Source: Macrostomum hystrix (Eukaryota; Animalia; Platyhelminthes). From it: DNA of 64,000 bases. Every line of letters starts with the position of its first letter. Within the stretch, counting starts at the first letter, position 1. Positions 14,001 through 26,500 of the stretch are shown in pieces. The stretch is taken from NCBI GenBank assembly GCA_950097015.1, contig CATNEN010000007.1:4712001-4776000 (forward strand), given 5' to 3'. Position numbers and translations under genes: made by a program. Below the pieces are notes generated by a model. The model saw nothing but the letters and a program-made list of their open reading frames with translations. It was not told the DNA's origin and made no database searches.

Positions 14001-14565
14001 AAATCCCACTCAGTAATCTAAAATCCCACTCAGTAATAAAAAATCCCACTCAGTAATAAAAAATCCCACTCAGTAATCTAAAATCCCACTAAGTAATCTA
14101 AAATCCCACTCAGTAATCTAAAATCCCACTCAGTAATAAAAAAATCCCACTCAGTAATAAAAAATCCCACTCAGTATTCTAAAATCCCACTCAGTAATCA
14201 AAAATCCCACTCAGTATTCTAAAATCCCACTCAGTAATCAAAAATCCCACTCAGTATTCTAAAATCCCACTCAGTAATCTAAAATCCCACTCAGTAATAA
14301 AAAATCCCACTCAGTAATAAAAAATCCCACTCAGTAATCTAAAATCCCACTAAGTAATCTAAAATCCCACTCAGTAATCTAAAATCCCACTCAGTAATAA
14401 AAAATCCCACTCAGTAATAAAAAATCCCACTCAGTATTCTAAAATCCCACTCAGTAATCAAAAATCCCACTCAGTATTCTAAAATCCCACTCAGTAATCA
14501 AAAATCCCACTCAGTAATCTAAAATCCCACTCAGTAATCTAAAAACCCACTCAGTATTCTAAAAT
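11085..14565. repeat. 20-bp satellite (AAAATCCCACTCAGTAATCT) with higher-order structure
   Basis: About 170 units. Diagnostic variants recur at a 1020-bp period. Confidence 0.97.
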
Positions 14566-15589
14566 ATCTAATCAATATAAATAATTAAGTAAATTTGACC
14601 TACAAAGTTTTCTAGAAACCCAATTTCCAGAGTCCTAATTCTATGATATTCTCATTTTCTAATATCCAAGTTAAAGAAAATCATTGGTTGTTAAACTTTT
14701 TTGTTTTCTTTTCGCAGACCTGTATCGCTTGTCCGAATTCATAATTCCCTGAATTTCAATCCACTTCGTCCAGTTTCCTCCAGGTGCAGCTGCGCGTAGC
14801 AACCGTGGGCCCCATCGAACAGGCCCGCACTCGCAGTTGGCGGAGCGAGAACAATAAATACTGCGACATCCCCCCAGCAGCCTCCGCAAGAAGGAAGACA
14901 ACACACGCCACCATTACTAGACACGGAAGACCGATGCCCGAAGTTGGATTTCTAGGAAAACACGACGCGGACTATCTGTTCCTCAGCTTCGGCAAGCGAA
15001 ATTGGCGGGACGTTAAGGGGTTCGGGGGGAGGATTCGCCAAAAAACACAGGAAATTCGCACCGGTCACCACGCCGAGCATTCGTGGCCTGTCCCCCCTGC
15101 GACCCAAGCCCTCGAGGCAATCCAATTAAGCCCTTGTCTCTCCGCCATCCATCTAGGAGCTATAAGAAAAGTATTTTAGCACTGGGAGGGGGGCAGCCGT
15201 CAGCTGAAGACGATATGAAGAGCAGAGAGATGAGGAATGGGGAGGCTCGGGAGGTGGGGCGAAAGGACAGGCGGTTTGTGAGGCCGCAGGTCGTGCAGGA
15301 TCTGCTAGTCATATAAACTGTCAAACCCAGTCAAGGGGGGGTCATTCGGACTGCAATTTAGTGTAGTGTCCTTGCGCCATCAGCCCATGGCGTCTGTTCC
15401 ACTTCGCCTAATTGTGACTGGCCAGCCCGCTACTAATTTCTAATCCTGATGGCGGATTTTCAATTTCTTAGAAAGCATCATTGTCATTTTTCTGCTATCG
15501 TCAATCAAGCACCGACACTGCTTGGGTGGCTGACATAAGAAATAGTTTTTGGTCAAAAATGTGTAAATGTTAAAAATATGAATATTTGG

Positions 15590-17582
15590 GCAGTTTCGGG
15601 TTGGTCTAGTTTCGTGTTGATCTAGTTTCGGTTTAGTCTAGTTTTGGGTTGGTCTAGTTTCGGATTGGTCTAGTTTCGGGTTGGTCTAGTTTCGGATTGG
15701 TCTAGTTTCGGGTTGGTCTAGTTTCGGATTGGTGTAGTTTCGGGTTGGTCTAGTTTCGGATTGGTCTAGTTTCGGGTTGGTCTAGTTTCGGGTTGGTCTA
15801 GTTTCGGTTTAGTCTAGTTTTGGGTTGGTCTAGTTTCGGGTTGGTCTAGTTTTGGGTTGGTCTAGTTTCGGTTTAGTCTAGTTTCGGGTTGGTCTAGTTT
15901 CGGTTTAGTCTAGTTTCGGATTGATCTAGTTTCGGGTTGGTCTAGTTTCGGGTTGATCTAGTTTCGGGTTGATCTAGTTTCGGGTTGATCTAGTTTCGGG
16001 TTGGTCTAGTTTCGGGTTGATCTAGTTTCGGGTTGATCTAGTTTCGGGTTGATCTAGTTTCGGGTTGATCTAGTTTCGGGTTGGTCTAGTTTCGGTTTAG
16101 TCTAGTTTCGGATTGATCTAGTTTCGGGTTGGTCTAGTTTCGGGTTGATCTAGTTTCGGGTTGATCTAGTTTCGGGTTGATCTAGTTTCGGGTTGGTCTA
16201 GTTTCGGGTTGATCTAGTTTCGGGTTGATCTAGTTTCGGGATGATCTAGTTTCGAGTTGGTCTAGTTTCGGGTTGGTCTAGTTTCGGGTTGATCTAGTTT
16301 CGGGTTGATCTAGTTTCGGGTTGATCTAGTTTCGGGTTGATCTAGTTTCGGTTTAGTCTAGTTTCGGGTTGATCTAGTTTCGGGTTGGTCTAGTTTCAGG
16401 TTGATCTAGTTTCGGGTTGGTCTAGTTTCGGGTTGGTCTAGTTTCGGGTTGGTCTAGTTTCGGGTTGGTCTAGTTTCGGATTGGTCTAGTTTCGGGTTGG
16501 TCTAGTTTCGGATTGATCTAGTTTCGGGTTGGTCTAGTTTCGGGTTGGTCTAGTTTCGGTTTAGTCTAGTTTTGGGTTGGTCTAGTTTCGGTTTAGTCTA
16601 GTTTTGGGTTGGTCTAGTTTCGGATTGGTCTAGTTTCGGGTTGGTCTAGTTTCGGGTTGGTCTAGTTTCGGATTGGTCTAGTTTCGGGTTGATCTAGTTT
16701 CGGGTTGGTCTAGTTTCGGATTGGTCTAGTTTCGGGTTGGTCTAGTTTCGGGTTGGTCTAGTTTCGGGTTGGTCTAGTTTCGGATGGGTCTAGTTTCGGG
16801 TTGGTCTAGTTTCGGATTGGTCTAGTTTCGGGTTGGTCTAGTTTCGGGTTGGTCTAGTTTCGGTTTAGTCTAGTTTTGGGTTGGTCTAGTTTCGGGTTGG
16901 TCTAGTTTCGGATTGGTCTAGTTTCGGGTTGGTCTAGTTTCGGGTTGGTCTAGTTTCGGGTTGGTCTAGTTTCGGGTTGGTCTAGTTTCGGATTGGTCTA
17001 GTTTCGGATTGGTCTAGTTTCGGGTTGGTCTAGTTTCGGGTTGGTCTAGTTTCGGGTTGGTCTAGTTTTGGTTTAGTCTAGTTTTGGGTTGGTCTAGTTT
17101 CGGTTTAGTCTAGTTTCGGGTTGGTCTAGTTTCGGGTTAGTCTAGTTTCGGGTTGATCTAGTTTCGGTTTAGTCTAGTTTCGTGTTGATCTAGTTTCGGG
17201 TTGGTCTAGTTTCGGGTTGGTCTAGTTTCGGATTGGTCTAGTTTCGGGTTGGTCTAGTTTCGGTTTAGTCTAGTTTTGGGTTGGTCTAGTTTCGGGTTAG
17301 TCTAGTTTCGGGTTGGTCTAGTTTCGGATTGGTCTAGTTTCGGGTTGGTCTAGTTTTGGGTTGGTCTAGTTTCGGGTTAGTCCAGTTTCGGGTTGGTCTA
17401 GTTACGGGTTGGTCCAGTTTCGGGTTAGTCTAGTTTTGGGTTGGTCTAGTTTCGGGTTAGTCCAGTTTCGGGTTGGTCTAGTTTCGGGTTGGTCTAGTTT
17501 CGGTTTATTCTAGTTTCGGGTTGGTCTAGTTTCGTGTTGATCTAGTTTCGGGTTGATCTAGTTTCGGGTTAGTCTAGTTTCG
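15590..17582. repeat. 16-bp minisatellite (TCTAGTTTCGGGTTGG)
   Basis: About 125 tandem units with point variants. Confidence 0.97.
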
Positions 17583-18574
17583 GCACTATGGGAAGTTTCG
17601 GGTAAATTAAAATTCAAGCTATGAAATGGCAGTGTGAAGCGTTTGGGTTTTATAAATTGAAAATAGTTTTGCGGTTCAAAAGTCCCAAGCCGCAGGCTGT
17701 GTAAAACTGTAAACAGTTTCTGCTAATTAAACACCCGAGCTGCTCAACATTTCTGAATTCTGTTGCATACTGCAATCGATTAACGGAATCTGCAATTTTC
17801 TCGCCTCCGTAAAATTGTTAACGAATTCATGACGACAAACAGCCAGGCCTTCTTAATCGCTCCCACCCGCCAAGCATCCCGATCTCCGACTCATCCCCGA
17901 GTCTCGCCCTCCGCTCTCCGTCGCCCTGAGTCCCAGTTTGCGATAATCGATTTAAAAACCTCGACCGAGCCCTGGGCCGACCCGAGCTGCGCCCGGGATC
18001 ACCGGCACAGAAGTATTTAGGGCAAGGGATCGAGTTATCGGCCCAAGTCTATCGAGTTCCAAGGCGGTGACCTCGAACCAACTCGCACCCCCCAGCCTGA
18101 GGCTTAAGTGCACACGCTAAGCAAGATCCTCTAACTTCAAAGATATCCCCTTATTTCCTAGTTTCCTGTCGGATCCCCTCCCCCGAATTTCCCATCCAGG
18201 GATTCCTCAGACCGATTGTGGAGCAGCTCAGCGGCCCAGTGGAGGGCAAACATCCCGTGAATGAAAGCAAATGAGCCCCTCAAAGGCTTTGAGCAGTCTA
18301 TACTGGGTGTCGGGAAGGCGTGGCTGTTCTCAATCGATTTCCTTCCCATCCTGCCGGCTTATTAATCCCATTAATCCGCGGAGAATTGGGAAGCATCAAC
18401 AGCCAGCGCCGAATTCTTATCCGTGGCGTGTCGCCGACTTCACCTGATTTGATCACAGCGGTCTTGGGCAGCACTTTAACTCCCAGAGTGCGCGGCACCG
18501 CTGGGAGTTACTCCCTACTACAACTGTCAATCTTTGCTTTCCACTAATCCCTTAATCTCACTCTTTTTCTCATA

Positions 18575-18730
18575 GCATCAGTCAATCTCATCTCTTTCTC
18601 ATAGCATCAGTCAATCTCATCTCTTTCTCATAACATCAGTCAATCTCATCTCTTTCTCATACCATCAGTCAATCTCATCTCTTTCTCATAACATCAGTCA
18701 ATCTCATCTCTTTCTCATACAATCTGTCAA
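18575..18730. repeat. 29-bp tandem repeat (CATCAGTCAATCTCATCTCTTTCTCATAN)
   Basis: About 5 copies. Confidence 0.85.
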
Positions 18731-19545
18731 TCTCACTTTCCTTTCACTTTCTCACTTTCCTTTCCATCAATCTCACAGTCGATCTCAATCTCTTTCTCAT
18801 GCCATCAATCTCACTCTTCATCTCATCCCCTCAGTGAATCTCGCTCCGATGCTCACCCAGTACTACAGCAGCACATCCGGCTGTTTGTCTGTGCCTCTAA
18901 CTCGAGCCCCAGCTGATTTCCCAGCCGCTGCAATTTCCCCATGATATTAATCCCATGGCATCGCCACTTCTAATCCATCAAACCTGCGAATCGCAGAGCC
19001 GGTCACTCCCAGTTCCCGTTCGCCTGTCCGCACCTGAAGCCGAGATTGTCACTGCTCTCGAAGGACGATAACGATATCCTGAAGTGATTATCCCAACAAA
19101 TCCGTATCTGGGCCGCTATCTTGCCAGCAGATTACAATAATGCGCTGGGGTAGGGGGGCCGGTATTAATCAGCAAGGCCGATTCCCAGTATCCATGCGGT
19201 CTGAGCTAACCTGCCTCCCTGTTAGCACGCTCGAGTAGCAAATTTCTACATCTTCCACGGTACGGTGTCCCACAGTGCGCGGCTGCAGATTCCTGACGAA
19301 GACAGATCGGTGTGCGCTGCCGGAGAGCACGCTGAGCTCACTGGTAGGGGACGAGATCCCTCAAAATCAAGGGGGAGAGTAGGACAGCTATTGATATTGA
19401 ACTTTCTCAGAGGCCGTTTCAATCACGCAGAACTATCCGCCTCGGAGAGCTCTGGCCAGCTGGATTTGCACTTTAGATGCACACAGCGCATGCATTGCTG
19501 GGCAACACGCTTTTTGAGACCAGGCTGCCTATTCCTTCCTGCCTA

Positions 19546-22325
19546 TAGATGGAGCAGAGTAGCTAGAGCAGTGTAGCTGTAGCAGAGTAGCTGGAGCAGA
19601 GTAGCTAGAGCAGGGTAGCTGGAGCAGAGTAGATGGAGCAGAGCAGATGGAGCAGGGTAGATGGAGCAGAGTAGCTGGAGCAGAGTAGCTGGTTCAGTGT
19701 AGATGGAGCAGAGTAGATGGAGCAGAGTAGCTGGTTCAGTGTAGATGGAGCAGAGTAGATGGAGCAGAGTAGCTGGAGCAGAGTAGCTGGAGCAGAGTAG
19801 ATGGAGCAGAGCAGATGGAGCAGGGTAGATGGAGCAGAGTAGCTGGAGCAGAGTAGATGGAGCAGAGTAGATGGAGCAGAGTAGCTGGAGCAGAGTAGCT
19901 GGAGCAGAGTAGATGGGGCAGAGCAGATGGAGCAGGGTAGCTGGAGCAGAGTAGATGGAGCAGAGCAGATGGAGCAGGGTAGATGGAGCAGAGTAGCTGG
20001 AGCAGAGTAGATGGAGCAGAGTAGATGGAGCAGAGTAGATGGAGCAGAGCAGATGGAGCAGGGTAGCTGGAGCAGAGTAGCTGGAGCAGAGTAGATGGAG
20101 CAGAGTAGATGGAGCAGAGTAGCTAGAGCAGTGTAGATGGAGCAGAGTAGATGGAGCAGAGTAGCTAGAGCAGAGTAGCTAGAGCAGAGTAGCTGGAGCA
20201 GAGTAGATGGAGAAGAGTAGATGGAGCAGAGTAGCTGGAGCAGAGTAGCTGGAGCAGAGTAGATGGAGAAGAGTAGATGGAGCAGAGCAGATGGAGCAGG
20301 GTAGCTGGAGCAGAGTAGATGGAGAAGAGTAGCTGGAGCAGTGTAGATGGAGCAGAGTAGCTGGAGCAGGGTATATGGAGCAGAGTAGATGGAGCAGAGT
20401 AGATGGAGCAGAGTAGCTGGTTCAGTGTAGATGGAGCAGAGTAGATGGAGCAGAGTAGCTGGAGCAGAGTAGCTGGAGCAGAGTAGCTAGAGCAGTGTAG
20501 ATGGAGCAGAGTAGATGGAGCAGAGTAGCTGGAGCAGAGTAGCTGGAGCAGAGTAGCTGGAGCAGAGTAGATGGAGCAGAGTAGCTGGTTCAGTGTAGCT
20601 GGAGCAGAGTAGCTGGAGCAGAGTAGATGGAGAAGAGTAGATGGAGCAGTGTAGCTGGAGCAGAGTAGATGGAGCAGAGTAGATGGAGCAGAGTAGATGG
20701 AGAAGAGTAGCTGGAGCAGAGTAGATGGAGCAGAGTAGATGGAGAAGAGTAGATGGAGCAGAGTAGCTGGAGCAGAGTAGATGGAGCAGAGTAGATGGAG
20801 CAGAGTAGATGGAGAAGAGTAGCTGGAGCAGAGTAGATGGAGCAGAGTAGATGGAGCAGAGCAGATGGAGCAGGGTAGCTGGAGCAGAGTAGCTGGAGCA
20901 GAGTAGATGGAGCAGAGTAGATGGAGCAGAGTAGATGGAGAAGAGTAGCTGGAGCAGAGTAGATGGAGCAGAGTAGATGGAGCAGAGTAGATGGAGAAGA
21001 GTAGCTGGAGCAGAGTAGATGGAGCAGAGTAGATGGAGCAGAGCAGATGGAGCAGGGTAGCTGGAGCAGAGTAGCTGGAGCAGAGTAGATGGAGCAGAGT
21101 AGCTGGTTCAGTGTAGATGGAGCAGAGTAGATGGAGCAGAGTAGCTGGAGCAGAGTAGCTGGAGCAGAGTAGCTAGAGCAGTGTAGATGGAGCAGAGTAG
21201 ATGGAGCAGAGTAGCTGGAGCAGAGTAGCTGGAGCAGAGTAGCTGGAGCAGAGTAGATGGAGCAGAGTAGCTGGTTCAGTGTAGATGGAGCAGAGTAGAT
21301 GGAGCAGAGTAGCTGGAGCAGAGTAGCTGGAGCAGAGTAGCTAGAGCAGTGTAGATGGAGCAGAGTAGATGGAGCAGAGTAGCTGGAGCAGAGTAGCTAG
21401 AGCAGTGTAGATGGAGCAGAGTAGATGGAGCAGAGTAGCTGGAGCAGAGTAGCTGGAGCAGAGTAGCTGGAGCAGAGTAGATGGAGAAGAGTAGATGGAG
21501 CAGAGTAGCTGGAGCAGAGTAGCTGGAGAAGAGTAGATGGAGCAGAGTAGCTAGAGCAGTGTAGATGGAGCAGAGTAGCTGGAGCAGAGTAGATGGAGCA
21601 GAGTAGATGGAGCAGAGTAGCTGGAGCAGAGTAGCTGGAGCAGAGTAGATGGAGAAGAGTAGATGGAGCAGTGTAGCTGGAGCAGAGTAGATGGAGCAGA
21701 GTAGATGGAGCAGAGTAGATGGAGCAGAGTAGCTGGAGCAGAGTAGCTGGAGAAGAGTAGATGGAGCAGAGTAGCTAGAGCAGTGTAGATGGAGCAGAGT
21801 AGCTGGAGCAGAGTAGATGGAGCAGAGTAGATGGAGCAGTGTAGCTGGAGCAGAGTAGATGGAGCAGAGTAGATGGAGCAGAGTAGATGGAGAAGAGTAG
21901 CTGGAGCAGAGTAGATGGAGCAGAGTAGATGGAGAAGAGTAGATGGAGCAGAGTAGCTGGAGCAGAGTAGATGGAGCAGAGTAGATGGAGCAGTGTAGCT
22001 GGAGCAGAGTAGATGGAGCAGAGTAGCTGGAGCAGAGTAGATGGAGCAGAGTAGATGGAGCAGAGCAGATGGAGCAGGGTAGCTGGAGAAGAGTAGCTGG
22101 AGCAGAGTAGATGGAGAAGAGTAGCTGGAGCAGAGTAGATGGAGCAGAGTAGATGGAGCAGAGCAGATGGAGCAGGGTAGCTGGAGCAGGGTAGCTGGAG
22201 CAGAGTAGCTGGAGCAGAGTAGATGGAGCAGAGTAGCTGGAGCAGGGTATATGGAGCAGAGCAGATAGAGCAGGGTAGCTGGAGCAGAGTAGATGGAGCA
22301 GAGTAGATGGAGCTGAGTAGATATA
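19546..22325. repeat. 14-bp minisatellite (GTAG[A/C]TGGAGCAGA)
   Basis: About 200 tandem units. Confidence 0.97.
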
Positions 22326-23504
22326 GCATTAATTGAGAAGCTGCTAGCAGCTAGAGGAGTATTTAGAATTTTGGGAAGGGGTTGGGTTTCAGGAGAGAGA
22401 CGGCGATGGAATGAGATCTATAAAGGCAATAATAATATTTGATATAAAATTAACAATAAGAAATACACAATGGTGTATTTTATTGATATATATAGTCGGC
22501 TTAAAACTCCTTATGTTTTCATAATCAAACTAGAAGTTTTAAGCAAATTAGGATTGACTTCAAGTCGTTTACTACTTGTAGTAAGGTGAATAAAATTACT
22601 GTCGATTAGAATTAGGCTGAATTGGAAAAACAAAAGACTAAGGAAATACGAACTGGCGAATAATGGCAGCTAGGACAGTTAGACAAAATGGGAATAGCAT
22701 TGGGTCTGGCACGCATGCACACAACTCTGAATTGAGCAAAGATACATTTGTAATTAGTTGACGGCTAGCATTTAGAAGAAATAGCTGAAAAATTGGGACT
22801 AAAATTGGGATTAGATTTATAAAATAAAAACCGCAGTGGAAAAAATACGAATAGTCGGTTTCAAAATACTAATGCCACTACTAGGTAAGTAGGCACAATG
22901 GGATCGGTTTTCTCCTGTCCGCAGACAGGAAGAAATGGCCGCAGAAAAACGCGCCTACTGCTCAACGCACTGTACCAGCTCAAATATCTAGCTGGTAATA
23001 CCGTCGGCAAATTGTAAAGTTTATCTAGCTGGAGAATTTTACAGAAACGAAGAGGCAGCTCAAGTAAAAACCGCACTGGAACCAAGAAAAGAAAAGTAAA
23101 AAAAGTTAGAAAAGAAACACGGCAGCGCCTAGTACTCTCAGAGTGTGCTCAAGAGTATAACTAATTGGAAAATGACACTGATAAAAGAATTCGCACATGT
23201 AGTACGCAAACGGACAAAATTAAATTCGATTTCCTCACGGGAAAATGGAAATAAAATAAAATAATGCTGCCAGAGTCGACGCAATCTGGAAAATAGCAAT
23301 GAAGAGAGAATGGACAGCGGGGAGAGAATGGAGAGTGGGGAGAGAATGGACAGCGGGGAGGTAATTCATAATTCTATACTCTTAATGAACAGATGGCAAT
23401 CCAGTGAATATATTTAGCGAGTAATAAACATTGATGCGGAAGCACATCCAGCTAGCCGGCCAGCAGCGGACAGTGAAGAGTCCAACCGATTTCTATGATC
23501 AGAG

Positions 23505-26500
23505 CTACATCACGCAGCAACTCGCATCCTTGGCCTCTCCTTGCGCCAGGCGTCTCTTGGCAACGCGAAGGTGGCGCCTCTGACCGGCCGTCAGTAGGAC
23601 TTCGGAGCGGACCTTGCGCCAGGCCACCACCTGCAGGAGCGAATTGGCAATAGTGGGGCTTTTAGTGGGCTGGCACATGGACTTTTAGTGGGCTGATACA
23701 TGGACTTTTAGTGGGCTGGCACATGGACTTTTAGTGGGCTGATACATGGACTTTTAGTGGGCTGGTACATGGACTTTTAGTGGGCTGATACATGGACTTT
23801 TAGTGGGCTGGCACATGGACTTTTAGTGGGCTGGTACATGGACTTTTAGTGGGCTGGCACATGGACTTTTAGTGGGCTGATACATGGACTTTTAGTGGGC
23901 TGGCACATGGACTTTTAGTGGGCTGATACATGGACTTTTAGTGGGCTGATACATGGACTTTTAGTGGGCTGGCACATGGACTTTTAGTGGGCTGATACAT
24001 GGACTTTTAGTGGGCTGGCACATGGACTTTTAGTGGGCTGATACATGGACTTTTAGTGGGCTGGCACATGGACTTTTAGTCCATGACATGGACTTTAAGT
24101 TTAAGACATGCCCTCTTAAAGCCTACAAAGGCAAAAAATCCGCTCCCTGGTGGAACCCAGCGCTTGGAACCCTCCGGCGAAAGGCCAAATCCCTCCAGCG
24201 GATTGCGCGGAAAAGCAAGGACCCAGCTGACCTGACCGCCTACCAGAATGCAGTTCGTGACTTTAAGCGTGACACCAGGAAAGCGAAGTCCGAAAAGTGG
24301 CGCCAATACTGCTCCGAGCTGGAGGGCGCCCGCCCAACTTCTCGCGTTGTAAAAGCGCTCACTCTTGACAAAATGTCGAAGCTCTCAGTGATCAAAAGAC
24401 CGGACGGCCGGCTTGCTGAGAATCCTGGCGAATCGCTGGACATCATGCTCGCCAGCGCCTTCCCCCAGACTGCGCCGCTTCAGGACCCGCCGGACCACAC
24501 TCCGGGTGGACACATCCTTGCGACAACTATTATCACTAGAGAACGGACAGCTCGCGCTGCTAACTCCTTCTCGCCTTTTAAGTCGCCTGGACCTGACAAC
24601 ATTTACCCCGCCTTCCTACATGAAGCGGTAAAAAATGACAGGTTCCTCGGCCTCCTTTGCAACCTGTTCAAGGCCTGTATCACCCTCGGGTACGTACCCA
24701 GGTCTTGGCAGGAAGCCACTATCGTCTTCATCCCCAAACCTGGGAAGGGAGACTACCACTCCGCCAAAGCCTTCCGCCCCATCAGCTTAACATCTTTCTT
24801 TCTTAAGCTGCTTGAAAGGCTTGTTCTTTGGCGCCTCCTTCACGTTGAGCTGAGGAACTCCCCGCTCTCCGCCAACCAGCACGCCTTTCGATCCGGACGT
24901 TCCATCGAAAGTGCTCTGCATGCCATTGTCGACAAGCTGGAGCGCGCCGTGCTTGGCACCGGTTTTGCTCTCTCGCTTTTCCTCGACATTGATGGTGCCT
25001 TCGACAATGTGCTCTTCGGAGCCTTTAGGCGAGCCCTGGAACGCCGGGCTACGCACGAGCACCTCACCCGCTGGATCATGTATATGATCTCTCACCGAAC
25101 TGCCACCTCGCACCTGCTTGGACACTCCCGTTCTGTGAATGTCCAGAAGGGAGGCCCGCAGGGTGGCGTTCTCAGTCCGATCCTTTGGAACCTTGTCATG
25201 GACGAACTGCTCTGCAGCCCTGACCCGGACCCGGTCCAAAAAATCGGCTATGCTGACGACGTCACCGCCACCGTGGCCGGACCGTCTCCCCCGGTCCTTA
25301 GAGACCTTCTGCAAGCTTTCATCCACCGTGCCGAACGCTGGGCCAATGGCTGCGGCCTCAAACTCTCTGAGTCCAAGACCGTCGCCATTATGTTCACCAG
25401 CAAACGAAACTGGAGGATTGAGCCTCTCCTTCTCTATAACAAACCAATCGCCATGGAGAAGCAAACCAGATGCTTAGGTGTCATCCTCGACCACAGGTTG
25501 AGCTGGACACCTCACGTCAAATTCAAAACCCGTAAAGCTCTTGCGACGCTCGCGCAGATTCGCAGAGCCTTCGGCGCCACCTGGGGCCTCACCCCCCGCC
25601 GTCTCTGGTGGATTTACACTACCATTGTAAGACCGGCCATCTCTTTTGCCGGCTTCATCTGGAATAGTGCCCTGGAGACCAAAGGGGTCCTGGAGGCCCT
25701 AAACAAGGTGCAGGGCCGTGCTTGTCGAGCCATCATGAGTACGGCACCCTCCACTCCCTTCGCTGGCATGAATGCCTTCCTGGACCTTCCCCCTTTAGAT
25801 CTTTTTATCAAGGGGGAGGCGATGAAGACGGCTCGTCGTCTTCTGGACGCGGGTATCTCCATCCGGAAGCAACTTGCCTTCAGCAAGCGGAACCTCCAGC
25901 CCCATGGCGACCTCAGCCTACGGGACCTGGACGCAGCAGGAGGTCTCAAAATTCTCTCCGACGGAATCCCGTCGACGCTGTGCCCACCGCAAAAATTCAA
26001 AACCAGCATTCCGCCTCGCCAGGAAGTACGTGACCACGGCCAACCCCGTGAAATTCACTGCTTCACCGACGGATCGCAAATCAACTCGGTCTCTGGTTTC
26101 GGCTACTGCATTATGTCCGGAGGGAAAACTGTGGCGACCTTCTCCCAGCACACCGGCATTAACTCTACTGTTTTCCAGAACGAAGTTCTGGCCATCAGCT
26201 CCTGCGCCCTGGAGCTGATCTACCAAAACGTCCATGGAGCAGAAATCTTCCTCCACTCGGACAGCCAGGCGGCGATCCATGCCCTTGGACGCACGCACAC
26301 CTGCTCGCGCACAGTCCTTGACTGCGTCGCGCAACTCAACCGCTTAGGGACCCACAACAAGGTGTCCCTAAGGTGGATTCCAGGGCACTCTGGCCACCCT
26401 GGTAACGAATTGGCCGACAGCCTCGCCAAGGCCGGTTCGACGGGTTCGCTTTTTGGCCCCGTGCCTGCGGTCTCCACCCCTACCGCCGTCGTCAACACTC

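Noticed and set aside
21775-22329. 184-aa ORF (LLHLLCSIYSAPST repeats)
   Set aside because: Product of the 14-bp satellite (three units give 14 codons).
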